Positions 38,305 through 51,240 of a stretch of DNA of 64,000 nucleotides are shown here, one piece after another. Numbering within the stretch: position 1 is the stretch's first letter; the number at the start of each line of letters is the position of its first letter. The stretch lies in the NCBI RefSeq assembly GCF_009834535.1, contig NC_045696.1, forward strand, positions 10,356,001-10,420,000, given 5' to 3'. This DNA is from Camelus ferus (lineage: Eukaryota). The notes beneath the pieces were generated by a model. The model was not told the origin of the DNA. It did no database searches and was given only the letters and a program-made list of their open reading frames with translations. The position numbers and the translations under genes are program-made.

Positions 38305-38954
38305 AGTGCCCCCTCCCCATCTCCGGGGAGGAGCCAGCGGGAGTTCCCTCTGCCTTCACCCTCGCCCCAGTCTAGACATTGAGGTGAGAAAGGGTGCACC
38401 AAGGGGCCAGTGATGAAGGAAAGGCTTCCACCCCCAAATGACACGTGTACCCGAAGAAAGACTTCTCGGTAAGAATTGGAGTCTCCAGATGAGTCTTTCA
38501 CTTTCTTCAGCTTTCATTTTACCTAGGTGGGGAGAGGGGACCTGCAGTTTTGCTCTTGTATTTGAGTTTCTCGGAATCCCCTGTCTCACCACATTCAGAG
38601 AAGAAAATGCATCTTAGAAACCGTGGATTTCACAGCCAAGTCCGAGAGACGGCCCACTCACTAACACCCGGCCCTCCGCGCCTCTCAGAAGGCCCCTCCC
38701 TGACCCGCCTCCCGTGGCCACCTTCTTGTTCCTGGGAAACGCTGGGCACACTTCCACCTCGTCTTGACCTTGCTGCTCCATTTCTCTGGAACCTTCTTTC
38801 CCTCTGTGCCATGGCTCCCCCTCCCTGCCCACTCCCTTCAGGTGCCACCATACAGAGCAGTTTCCTGCCTAAAAAGCTCAGGGCACGGGGCTCCCGATCC
38901 CTGCTTAGCTTGTCTCCTGGTTTTCCCACCACCTGGGTCCTTGGTATACGCCCT

Positions 38955-39111
38955 GGTGGTGAGGAGCATGGGTTCCCGAACTAAACTGCCTGAGTTCAAA
39001 GCCACACACTCCGTGCGGGACTTTCGGCAAGTTGTTTCACCTTTGTGTGCCTCGGCTGTCTCATCTGCAGATGGAAATGAAAACAGTGCGACTTCAAAGG
39101 GTTGTTATGGG
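38955..39111 (+). repeat. MIR SINE, 5' part (target of the tubulin retrocopy; probably resumes after 40774)
   Basis: ctgcctgagttcaaa...ggcaagttgtttcacct..tgtgcctcgg..tctcatctgcagatgg...agggttgtt. Confidence 0.65.
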
Positions 39112-40776
<1,665 letters not shown>

Positions 40777-41598
40777 GGGTCGTTAGGAGTCAGAGGCACA
40801 CGCGGGTTGATTTTATATGCGGAGCTGGGAACAGCGTGAGCACATGGTTGCTTCCTCTCTAGGCAGCTGCTCATCAAAAGCCTCCTCCAGACTCTTGAGC
40901 AGCGAGCTCCAGGAAGGTGGGGTGCGGCTGGATTCGGGGGCTGCTTCACTCCCCAGTGCCTGGCAGAGGATTTGGGGAAGGAGTAGCCTGCAGCCCAGCA
41001 GCCAGCTCTCCTTTAGGGATCACGGAGCCCATTTCTGTGTCCTCAGCGTTGCACTTGTCCATTCGAAACCCTCGCTAAGCTTGGGCTCTCTTTCCCTTCC
41101 TTGCTTCCAGTGTAAGTCCTGCCTTTTTCTCTGGTCTCAGAGGCTGGGGCAGGGGGTGGGTACAGCTTTAGACTGTGGACTTATCTGGATGGATCTGAAG
41201 AGTCAGCATATCTAGGGCCCTAGCACCTGCTGTCAGTGGTGCTAACAAGGGCTCTGCGAGAAGAGAGTTTTTGGACTAAGGGCTTTGGCTGGAATCCTGC
41301 CTCCGAGAGCCCCGGGATCCTGCCATGACCCAACCCGAGCCTCAGTATCCCCATGAATAATGAAATGATACCATCTCTCCCAGAGATGGAGTGAGTGGCA
41401 AATGCAGGACCATGAATGAAAAGCAAGCCAGACACTGCTGCTCAGTGTGGTTTTTAAGACGTGACTCTTTCAGGGTGTCCTGATGGATGGCTGCTTCTGC
41501 AGGTGGCGAGCAGCAACCTGTGACCCAGACCCTGCCTTCAGTGACCACCAACAGGGCGCCCAGCTCCACGCTGACCACTGTATTCAATGGTCTGACCC

Positions 41599-42839
41599 TG
41601 TCATAGGCAGAACAGTGGCCTTCCAAAGATGTCTGTGTCCTGTGAACGCATTAGGTCACACGGCAAAGGAGAGTTCAAGTTGCAGATGAAATTTAGGTTC
41701 CTAATCCAAAGACCTAAAAACAAGGAGATTATCCTCGAATATCTGAGCGGACCCAATGTCACCTCAAGGATGTTTCTCTAGAAGCTGGAAAAGGCAAGGA
41801 AATGATTTTCCTCCTAGAACCCTCAGAAAGGAACCCATCTCTACAACACCCTGATTTTAGCCCAGTGAAACCTGCACGCGGCGGCTGACCTCCAGGACTG
41901 TAAGATGCTCAATTTAGTTCTAGGTATTTTCGCCATAAGCTTTTTTTCCTATAGACATCTTTGCCACAAGCATTTTCACTGCAAACATTTTCACTGAATA
42001 ACTAACTGGCTGTAAGGCAATTTAGCTGTAAAAAGTAAAATAATGAAAAATAAAAGAGAGACATTAAAAGAACAGGATGAAACATGAAAAAATGAATAAC
42101 AAAATTTAAAAGACTTCACTGTGAAATAAAAACTATTTGAGTATGTTTAAAATGTGTACAGATTCATGGCAATACTGGGCAAATACCTGATTTTATTTTG
42201 TGGGTTTTACAAAGCACTAGTCTTCAAAGTTTTTCGTTCATCAAATTTCACATTTTTTTTTTTTTGCTTGATTTGTCTCACACTTCTTCTTTCAGTAAGC
42301 GAGGAGTTGGTTTCCACACAACGGGTCACATGTTTGTCACTGAGCTTTGTACTGTGTTGTGAGGGCCTCTGTACTGTTGTGTGTTCTTGGCATACTGTCA
42401 CAGGTCCATTGATAGATGCTCATCTCCATAGGAAATGTTCGCTCAACTTTGTGCTTTCACGGCCCTCTAGGCCTCTTTCTTTCCCAAGGTGGTATGTTTC
42501 AAAATAAGAAACCAATTCTTGGAGCAAATCATTGCTATCTGTTAGCTGGATAAAGCCATCAATAATTTCACTAACTGGAAGAAATCCTAACACATTTCAA
42601 ACCACCTGAAACCAAACTGTCAAACCAAACTGTCAACCAGTTATTTTATCTTTTGTGGCAAAATTGCCTTTATGGCCCATTAGTTATGCAGTGAAAATGT
42701 TTGAAGTGAAAATACTTGCAATAAAGGTAGCTATCGCAAAGGCGCTCACAGCAAAGATTCCAGACACGAAGAAATTTGTGCTGTATTGAGGCACTAAGTC
42801 GGTGGTCATTTGTTACAGCAACAAGAGGGAACTGATACG
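41599..42839 (+). mobile_element. MLT1D-like MaLR LTR interrupted by a DNA transposon
   Basis: tgtcataggcagaa..ggcc..ccaaagatgtc...ctagaagctggaaaaggcaaggaaa...ctgtaaga [insert] aaatttgtg...atttgttacagcaac..ggaactgatac. Confidence 0.78.
41917..42767. mobile_element. Non-autonomous DNA transposon with ~110-bp imperfect TIRs (Mutator/Ricksha-like)
   Basis: Left caagcattttcactgcaaacattttcactgaataactaactggctgtaaggcaattt is near-reverse-complementary to right aaattgcctttatggcccattagttatgcagtgaaaatgtttgaagtgaaaatacttg. Confidence 0.7.
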
Positions 42840-45361
42840 GTCCCTGGAGATGGATACCACACCTTTAATGACACCCCAGCTCCAACGTGATAAAAGCTCA
42901 CAGTCCCAAGCAGGGTGTACACAGCCTCGCTCGACCTTCCTTTTCCATGGTCTCTGGGGCCATGGTTCATTAACTGTTAATGGTTAGAAGACAGAACCTA
43001 GGTAGATGTCAAGTGTGTCCTCCGCATCTCACAGCTCTTTCTGTTCCACATTCTGGCCTCAACTGGCCACTTCTGATCCACCCTGGATCCGAATGTTTGA
43101 GAGTTTACATGTTTTTAAGAATTGGCTATTCTGGGTCTTAAGAACTTAGTTTGATTAACACATCATACACAGATACTAAAATAAAGTACAACTAACATTA
43201 AAGTTAATCATTCAATCTTGACAATCTAAGACCCTTCAGGATCTTTCCATGGATGGGTCACTATGATGAACATCAGTGATCCCACCTCCAGCACCGGGCA
43301 GGCGAGCAGAAGTCAAAACACATTCCCTGAGTCCTCACCCACAACCAGAAGTCGCTCCCGTCAGTAAATACTGGACATCACCTTATTTACCTAGACCACC
43401 TGTCTCTTCCTTTACAGCTCTTAGCCCTTTTTTTGATCAATGAAGCATTTTTAAAATTAACATATTTTTCTTTGTATGTAAAGGAGGAACTGTAACTCTC
43501 CCTAGGTGGACATATAACCCTTTTCTGCGAAAGAGGATGGTTTGGTTTCCTCAGGAGTAAAACGGGGCTATGACCTACTTTCAAAGAATGGGAGAGAAAA
43601 TTAAGAGAGATGATGTATATAAAGCACTTAACACCTCGTCTGATTTAGAAGAGTGACCCAATAAATGGTGGCCATTACTATCTTTTATAGAATTTGCCAC
43701 CATGTATTCCAGCTACTTGGTAGTATAATGTGGTGCTGCTTTGCAAAGGATCTATAAAGGACCAGATTATTCACCATGCATCCCACAGACCCAGACTTTT
43801 GCAGACTACAGTGAAAGGTCATCACTAGAAAGATGGACATGCTCATGGGTATTGCAGCAATATCAAATTGCAAAGTTTCTAAATACTTCTCCCAACCTCT
43901 GGAGTCATGGCAGACAAGTCACAAACAAAATAAAGTCACAAAAAGTTTACAGACCAATTGGGAGCAGCACTAGTATAAGGCACCACTTGCCATCACCCAG
44001 CTTGGGCAATTACCAACATTTTACCAATGTTCAAATCTCATCGGAAGGAGGCCCAGGGAAGGGGCAGACATAGGTTGTTCAAGACTTGAAGCTGGGGAGC
44101 AGTAGAGTCAGGATTCAAACTTATTTGTCTGACCCTCAGGGAGGAGCTGCCATTTAAGCAGGAGCACTTATCCTCACATGCAAGGCCCCTCTTGTCAAGG
44201 ACCTGAGGAATTTAAGGGCTTTTGTAAGGGATGCTGGCTGGTAGAAGAAACAAACCCAAACAACACCTTGAGATTTCAAGTGGGAGGAAACTTCTAAATT
44301 CTTGAGACTTTTTAAGTGTTACCCAACCAGTGATATCAGCCTCTCTATGGGAAAGAGCCCAGCAAAACACACACACATACACATGCACAGAGAAAATGTT
44401 CTCCTATGTCCATCTGTCACTGAGGTCTTTATATTTTTTTTTCTTTTCTTCCTCCCTCCCTCCCTCCCTTCCTTCCTGAGTACAGGAGCCGGTGATTTTT
44501 ATATTTGGCTTTTACCTGTGGTCAGTTAGTGTCAGAGGTAAGGAGGCTGAGCTCAGGTAAGGGACTGAACAGATGGGAGCAGAGCTGGGATTAAAAGTCT
44601 GGCTCCGCTGACCCCCTATAGGCAACACAACTGGGGGTCCGGACTCTTCTGGGTCCTGTCCTGAGTGCTGCTTCCCATCTAGCTGACCATCTGGAGGTCA
44701 CACCCGCTATCAAACACACCTGGCCACAGTAACACTGAGTTACGGTTGCGACCTCCAAGACGGAGGTCTCTGCATATGACTGGCCTTCGTGGCACGAAGC
44801 TGGAAGGCAGGCAGGCCTGGGAGCGGGCTTCTAGCTCAGGCCAGTGGGGTCACTCCAGGCAGAGGCTACATTCAGGCGGCCCAGGAGAATCGTCTGGGGA
44901 CGGTAGGGGCAGCCTTTTCTCCAGCCCTGGATTCGATTTTTTCTTTGTTCATTTTGAGAAATGCGGAGAGGTCAGCCGGGTTAGTTTTGGGGTGCGGAGG
45001 CGCGGGGGTGGGAGACAAGGAGCAGGGTGGGGCTCCGGCCGTCCCGCGGCTCCTCGGGCTGCGGCAGCTCCTAGCCCCGAGGCTGCCCGGAATTCCCCGC
45101 CCCGCGCCGTCCACCCCACACCCGCTTAGCTCCCTGCTGGCCCCTATCCACTGCCCGCAGACCCCAGCCGATCGGGGCAGCCCTGCAGACCCTCAACCGA
45201 TCGGGACTCCCTGCAGACCCCCACCCGCTAGGAACACCCCGTTTACATCTAACCGATCGGGGTTCCCATGGATCCCCCACATGCCGAGGCTCCCCGCGGA
45301 CTCCTACCCGTGCGACGACGCCTCCGTCGGGCGTCGGGGGTCGGTCCCAGGCCCTGCTTAC

Positions 45362-45452
45362 CTGCCGGGGGCGCCGCTGCGCCGCAGCCGCTGAGCCACA
45401 GCAGCAGTGGCAGTAACAGCCACAGCGGCGGTGGCGGCGGCGGCGGCCGCAT
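45362..45452 (-). CDS. IFNGR2: IFNGR2 exon 1 coding part (signal peptide), 91 nt
   Basis: cgggccATGcgg...GCAG|gtaagc; MRPPPPPPPLWLLLPLLLWLSGCGAAAPPA. Phase 1 joins exon 2 (G|AC = D). Spliced CDS totals 1116 nt. Confidence 0.93.
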
Positions 45453-45531
45453 GGCCCGGGGCTCTGGGCGCCGCAGGCTCGGCGGCGGCTCTGGGCGCGG
45501 CCTGGCCCCGGCACGGGGGTCGCCAAGCCGC

Positions 45532-45555
45532 TCACGTCGCCGCTGAGGCGGCCAT
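45532..45555 (-). promoter_or_regulatory. uORF MAASAAT* in the IFNGR2 5' leader
   Basis: cccgccATGgccgcctcagcggcgacgTGA, with optimal Kozak context, ending 79 nt before the main ATG. Confidence 0.65.
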
Positions 45556-45733
45556 GGCGGGCGCAGGGCGCGCGGGGCCCGCCTCTTCCCGAGCGGAGGC
45601 GGCGTTGGCGGCGCGTCCCGGGCAACAGGGAGCCCCGCTCGGCCTCCGCGCCCAGGCCGGCCCCTCCCGGCGCCGCGCCCCGCCCCGCCCCGCGCGGAGA
45701 AGCCGCCGCGCTCCTGCGCCCCCGCCCGCCGCA

Positions 45734-45743
45734 GGGACTTTCC
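45734..45743 (+). promoter_or_regulatory. NF-kB site GGGACTTTCC
   Basis: Exact canonical kB decamer within the promoter CpG island, ~290 bp upstream of the ATG. Confidence 0.7.
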
Positions 45744-46726
45744 TCGCGCCCCCCATCCCCGCCTGCGCTCCTGGGAACCGCAGCCCGGGGCGCACGGCTC
45801 CCCTCGGCCCGAGTGCCCAGCACGGCCCAGGCCTTCCTCTGCGGCCGCCCGAGCCGGGACCCCGCCGAGGCCGGCCTCGCCGAGCCAGCGCTGAGCCAGC
45901 GCAGAGCCGGCCGGCCTGGGCCTGGCCCCGAGGAGGGCGGACCCCGCCGGACGCCACGACTGGGGAGCTTGCGACCCCTCTGGAAGAACCCGTGAATCCC
46001 AAGGCCGGGGCGGGGCTCTTGTGGAGCCCCCTACCCGCACCCCACCTCCTCTTCTCCCTGATGCCTGGGGTCACACAATTCGGCCATTCCTCCCTTACGT
46101 TTAAACTGTTGCCTGCTTATTAGTATCTTAAGTACGGATTCGGCTCTTGACCCTTTTTGGAAAATAGTTTTAAGCGTATAGTAGTTTGAAAGGGCCTGGT
46201 GAAGGAAGGAGAGGGGCTTCGCGGGACAGTGGACGCGCAGCAACGCGGAAGGAGAGAGAAATGCCCTACATTTCGTAATGATCTGTGGGTTTGGCCCTGG
46301 TTCAGGCTATGAAGTGTATGAGGGCGGAACCTCAGGAGCCGGTGGGTGCGGGGGGAGGTAGGGAGGAGGCCTGCTCTCAGAGTCTGAGGCTGCGCTCTCT
46401 CCAGTTTGATGCTAGCAAGGATGTGAGTCTCTTTTGTTCTCCCAAGATGCAGCTTAAACCGAGCTCAGAAGGGAAGGAAGGGGGCAAAAAAGGGAATGAT
46501 TGGCTGGAAGACCAAGAATGAAAGAAGAGGGTTATCGGAGCCTGCTGGACTACTTGGCAGCCTAATGTTTGGCAACGCCAAGCTTTACTTTTGGACCTTC
46601 TGCATTTTATTTCCTTACTATAGATCTCTTTTGCAGTTAGCCACTGTTGTAAAAATGTGTGACGAAATATCTAGCAGTATTTGAATGATGCTTTGAATGA
46701 GTTTTTCAAGACAGACGTGTTTATAC

Positions 46727-47136
46727 TGTGAAGGAAAAGCCCAGCTGGGCTAACAAGCTAAGTCACAAATCTAAGTGTGATAAGTGTCAGTTTACTGATC
46801 TAAGTTCTGCTGGGCTAACTTATAAATCTGAAGTTTAGTGTCAGTTTACTGGGCTAACAAGCTAACTCGTAAATCCAAGCTCAACAAGTGTCAGTAACGT
46901 GATCTGTTCCAAATTGATAAGCTCCAGTGTACTGATTCCTTGCTTTTTGTTGTTTGAGCCTTATTGGCTAATAGCCCCATACTTGTAATTAACCCTATAA
47001 AACCTCATGTGCATGTCTTGGAGGTGCTCAGAGCTTCGGAGCAGAAGCCCCTCTGAGCCCGCCGGCATAATAAATCTGAGTACTCCAACCCTCCGAGTGG
47101 TGCTTGTTTCTTGGCTGGCCTGTCATTTGCGTAACA
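46727..47136 (+). mobile_element. ERV1-type solo LTR (410 bp)
   Basis: TG...CA termini, 4-bp TSD atac (46723-46726 and 47137-47140), TATAAAA 46996-47002, AATAAA 47069-47074, and repeated U3 units ctgggctaac...agtgtcagt. Confidence 0.88.
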
Positions 47137-47622
47137 ATACATTTGTCAAAGAAGCAGGGTATAAGTCAGAATCTTTGCGAAAATGACACACTGAAAATGA
47201 CTGGAGGAAGTACGCCAAAACACTGATGTGAATTTCTGTTTTCTTTCTCTCTTTTTTTTTTAATGCTTTTCTCTTTTTCCCCAATGGGTATGTTTTCCTT
47301 TTATAATCAGGAAAGAAACATCAAGTGAAAGAAAAGGACAGATGTGCTTGTGTCCCGGCCCAGGCTAGGGAAGACTTATGATCGCCTTTGATTTAGAGTT
47401 CTCAGGAGCAGTGACGGTGAACCCTGTGGTCTTTGAGGAGTACATGCAAAACCCCGGGAGTACTTTTTTCTCCTCCGCTGGAGAATCTCCCTCCAAAGGT
47501 CTTCTCTGCTAAAAAGAGGGTTTGTGTTTTCCTGACAATCCTTGGCAGACGCTAGAAGGAGCACACCCAGTTCACTACTCAGAGAGGCATCCTGCTGTCA
47601 CCTCAAGCACACAGTGTCAGAG

Positions 47623-48248
47623 TGAGATGGGAAGGGGACAGGGGCACAGCCATTCAAGGAATGCTACAGCAATTAACATCAAAATGGTAAGATTCAACCC
47701 CCAGTAGGCCTTGAGGCTCAAGATGGTGGGAGATTTAACTTCTAGCAGATCTTGAGCTTCTTTATACTGCTCATTGTAATATATTAACATGGTAAGTAAC
47801 ACGCCCACAGGCACCATGGCAGTCCCAAGGCTAGCCACAAAAGGTCAAAGAGTAGGAAATGGCCAACTTCCTGGGAATCCCAGCCCCTTCCCCAAGCTAC
47901 TTAGACTGATCCTTCCACTTATTAGCATATGAAGCCACCAAGCCTATAAAAACTAGCGGGCTCGGCACCTAGTGGCTGCCCCTCTCCCTCTTCCAAGATG
48001 GCCCACATTCTCTCTGTGGAGTGTGTACCTACTTTTAATCTGAGCACCCAACCCCCACACCTCGTGGCCTTTCTCTTGCCTTTCAATGTATCTCTCTGAA
48101 TAAATCTACCTTCACTCAACTGTGGCTCACTCTTGAATTCTTTCCTGCGCAAAGCCAAGGACCCACACTTGGCGGGGTACATCCCATGGGCTCAACCGAG
48201 ACCTGAAATACAGCCCTCCCCGAGCCCCACATCTGTTTTCCTGCATCA
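47623..48248 (+). mobile_element. ERV1 solo LTR, MER41-like (626 bp)
   Basis: TGAGA...TCA termini, 4-bp TSD agag (47619-47622 and 48249-48252), cctataaaaa and gaataaatc. The 3' text ctcttgaattctttcctgcgcaaagccaaggaccc resembles MER41-group LTRs. Confidence 0.8.
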
Positions 48249-50258
48249 AGAGTAAGTAACTGTTCCCCAACTCCAAGGCTGCTTGCCATCAAAAGGCCAG
48301 TTTCCAGTGGCTGGCATTTCAGGTTTCCTCTTCCTCCTGGGTAGAAGACTTTGAAGTCATGGATGGATGACTCTTCCACGGAATCCTCAATCTGAAGAGA
48401 ACAGGCAGTCAATCTTGCTGAAATTTCTTGCGAAAGAGGTCTAGCATCTACTGCCTTTATCTGGTTCCATCTTACGCCACAGAGCATCATGCAATACTTT
48501 TGGTTATTGCATGTGACCTGTAAGTGGATTCCTATCTGCAGCTCCTCCCTCTTTGTAGGCAGGTTTACTGAGAAACTGCTGAGTGCTTACACCTCAGCGG
48601 CCCTCCTTTCCACAGCCTCTTCCCCGGCCTTGCAAGGGGTTCCCCGCACTGTGTTCACTTGGTCATATGCTTTTGTGAAATCTGCCAAGTAAGCGATTTT
48701 AGCCACAGTCGTTCAGACCTCTGTCTCTTTCCTCTTTGACTTCTCCTTTGACACTTCTCACATAGGCTGCTGTTGGCAGTGGTGGCGGTGTTTTCCAGAA
48801 AAGTCTTGACTTTATATATCAACAGCAAATTGTGAAGTTAAAAGAAACTTTTCTAAATTGTCGAAAAGAAGAAACATTTTGATAAATCATTCTCGAGGAA
48901 AAACTGAATTAACTTTTTATTCTTTCTGTAGAGCATATTTTAAAAGGTTGTCATAGGGAGAGGCAAAGAGTACCTAAACAGAAATGCCTGTTAGAGAGTA
49001 TTAGAGAGGTATGTCAGGCAGTTAGCTGGTACAAATATTTTATTTTTCTGAATTTTGTGATGTTAGTGGTATTTGGCAGCTTTTGAAATTTTGTAACTTT
49101 TGATTTATTTTCTCATTCTAAGTAAATACTTTTGTACCTAATTTTGTACTCTTAATTGTGTATTCTTTTACAAATGTTGTATAAACATGGTATATAAACT
49201 TCAACCTTACAAAACCTGGATCACCCAGTCCCTTCCTGTGAACTTGCGACCTTCTGGCCAGTTGATCTTCCTGAAATGTTTTCCTCAAGCTAATCACCTA
49301 GAGGGGCTTACCTCCCCTCCCTCAGGAGGGTGGATGAGGGGTGAGAGAGAAGCCAGGAGTGCTTCTGGCTATGTCAGACCGCTAGGTCCTCACACTTCGG
49401 GGGGTCACGAGAGCCATCTCTCGGGTGAGGACCAAGACTCAGAGAATTAAGTAACTTGCTCTGCTGTGGACTTGTACTGTATCTGTCTAGTGAAGCCATA
49501 ACTAGAATTCCCCTCCTTTCATAGTTCTGAGTCACCATGGGCCAAGGGGGATTTTTTAAGATAGGATGTGGAAGGTAGAAGGGAAGATTCAGCCACATTC
49601 CTTTACTCTCAGGAGGCTGGGGCAGGGCATGGAGCATTGCTGAAGCTCACAACATCATGGCTTATCTGCTAGTGTCCTGGGAAGCAGCTAGGACTGTAGA
49701 TTCTCTAGCACCTGCTGCATCCTCTGCTACAGCTTCCCCATCTCCTGGGCCAGGTGTGTGTTTAGCTTTAGCTTCCCAGCAAAGGATGCCAGCTTTTCCT
49801 GCAGGGCACCCTGTTGGAGGCTTGGAGATGGCAAGATGAGGGTTTCCCCTTGTCCCTGCATCCTCTTCCTCTTGTCCATCTTCTCTTCCCAGCCTCCTCC
49901 CTGAGAACGTCAGGCTCCAACACCAGACACAGAAAAAAAGAGTCTCACGTAGACTGTGTAGCCAACTCTTGCAATTTCTTAAGGTCACATCCCTAACACA
50001 GACACACACGCAGATACACTGCATAGTGGTTCTGCCTGTCTCATCAAAATCTGACTGACTGTACCCCCAGCTGACACAGCCCATATGTGGTGGGGTGAGC
50101 TCCTAGCCAGCCCTGTCTAGGTCCAAAGCCTCTTGTATCTCACACCAAACTTCCAATCCTGCCATTTCAGTTTCTCCATAATCAGGCCTGGCTCTGCCCA
50201 CCTGATCATACTTTCTGAAGTCTCCCACAGGACTCTGCTGTTCCATCTGTAAGTCTTT

Positions 50259-50557
50259 AAGGATTTTTAAAAATTGAAGTATAGTTGGTTTACAACATTG
50301 TATTAGTTTCAGGTGAGAGAGGAGGCCAAGAACAGAGAAGAATTTTTTTATGTTTAAATGTTTTCTTTTGCCATAAAAATATGAATTTTATTTCATTGTA
50401 TATATACATATATTTTTTAAAAATTCTTTTCTGTTATTGTTTATTACAAGATATTAAATATAGTTCCCTGTACTTACGCAGTAAATCCTTGTTGTTTATC
50501 TGTTGTATGTGTGGTAGTGTGTGTCGTTAATCTCATACTACTAATTCATCCCTCCAT
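50259..50557 (-). mobile_element. L1 3' end with an internal non-L1 segment
   Basis: aattgaagtatagttggtttacaacattgtattagtttcaggtg...atagttccctgtact. TSD catc(t/c)gt(a/g)agtcttt at 50244-50258 and 50558-50572. Confidence 0.75.
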
Positions 50558-51119
50558 CATCCGTGAGTCTTTGCAGATGTACTTCAGGAAGGCCATGTGT
50601 GTGCCACTTCTCTTCCCAGGCTGTCCCCCTAACCTATGCACTCCCCCTCCTTCCTTCACCCTCTTCTCCCCTCCCCATCCTCATGATCTAAGTTGTAAAA
50701 CCCCTTCTCTTGTCTGAGCTTCCACCTCTGAGAACTTTGTCTCCATCCCCGACTACCATCTTCTGCTGTTCGACACTATCTCCTGGCATTGTTGAGCTCC
50801 GCTGAGACGGGCACCTCCAAAGTGTAGGTGGATGAGTGCCCCCCATCGAATCAAGCAGAGCAGCAAGAACTCTGAACACAAAGTAGGTCCTGAGCGTTGC
50901 TAAGCGGGGCCTTGAGTGGGTGGCCTCTGTTCCAAGCCATTCCAGCAGCAGGGTCAGAGGGACTAGCACGTAAGTAAAAGGACACATTCATCTTAGATCC
51001 TGTCTCCTCACTGTGTCCATGATGGGCCCCAGCACCCTCCTTTCAGTTCCCTGCAAGTGCACTTCTGCTTCCCCAGTGAGGCTGCCATAAAGGCCAATCC
51101 CTAAAAGAATACTCCTGTT

Positions 51120-51240
51120 ATTGTTGTTGTTTTAGTGGAGGCACTGGGGATGGACCCCAGTGTGTGCTATGCATGGGCACCATCGCTGAGCTATACCCTC
51201 CCCCACTGTTTGTTGTTGTTTTTAATGGAGGTACTGGGAA
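51120..51240 (-). mobile_element. Vic-1-type SINE plus an adjacent truncated second copy
   Basis: ttgttgttgttttagtggaggcactgggga...ctgagctataccctcccc, followed by ttgttgttgtttttaatggaggtactggga. Confidence 0.75.

Larger units (their letters stand above)
44950..46250. promoter_or_regulatory. CpG island / IFNGR2 promoter and exon 1
   Basis: Very GC- and CpG-dense. Tandem GC boxes (gccccgccccgccccgc at ~45677-45693). No evident TATA box. Confidence 0.9.

Noticed and set aside
44746..46123. Long overlapping ORFs (180-263 aa) on both strands in the CpG island
   Set aside because: Low-complexity Pro/Ala/Arg/Gly translations are expected from stop-poor GC-rich DNA. Only 45362-45452 matches IFNGR2.
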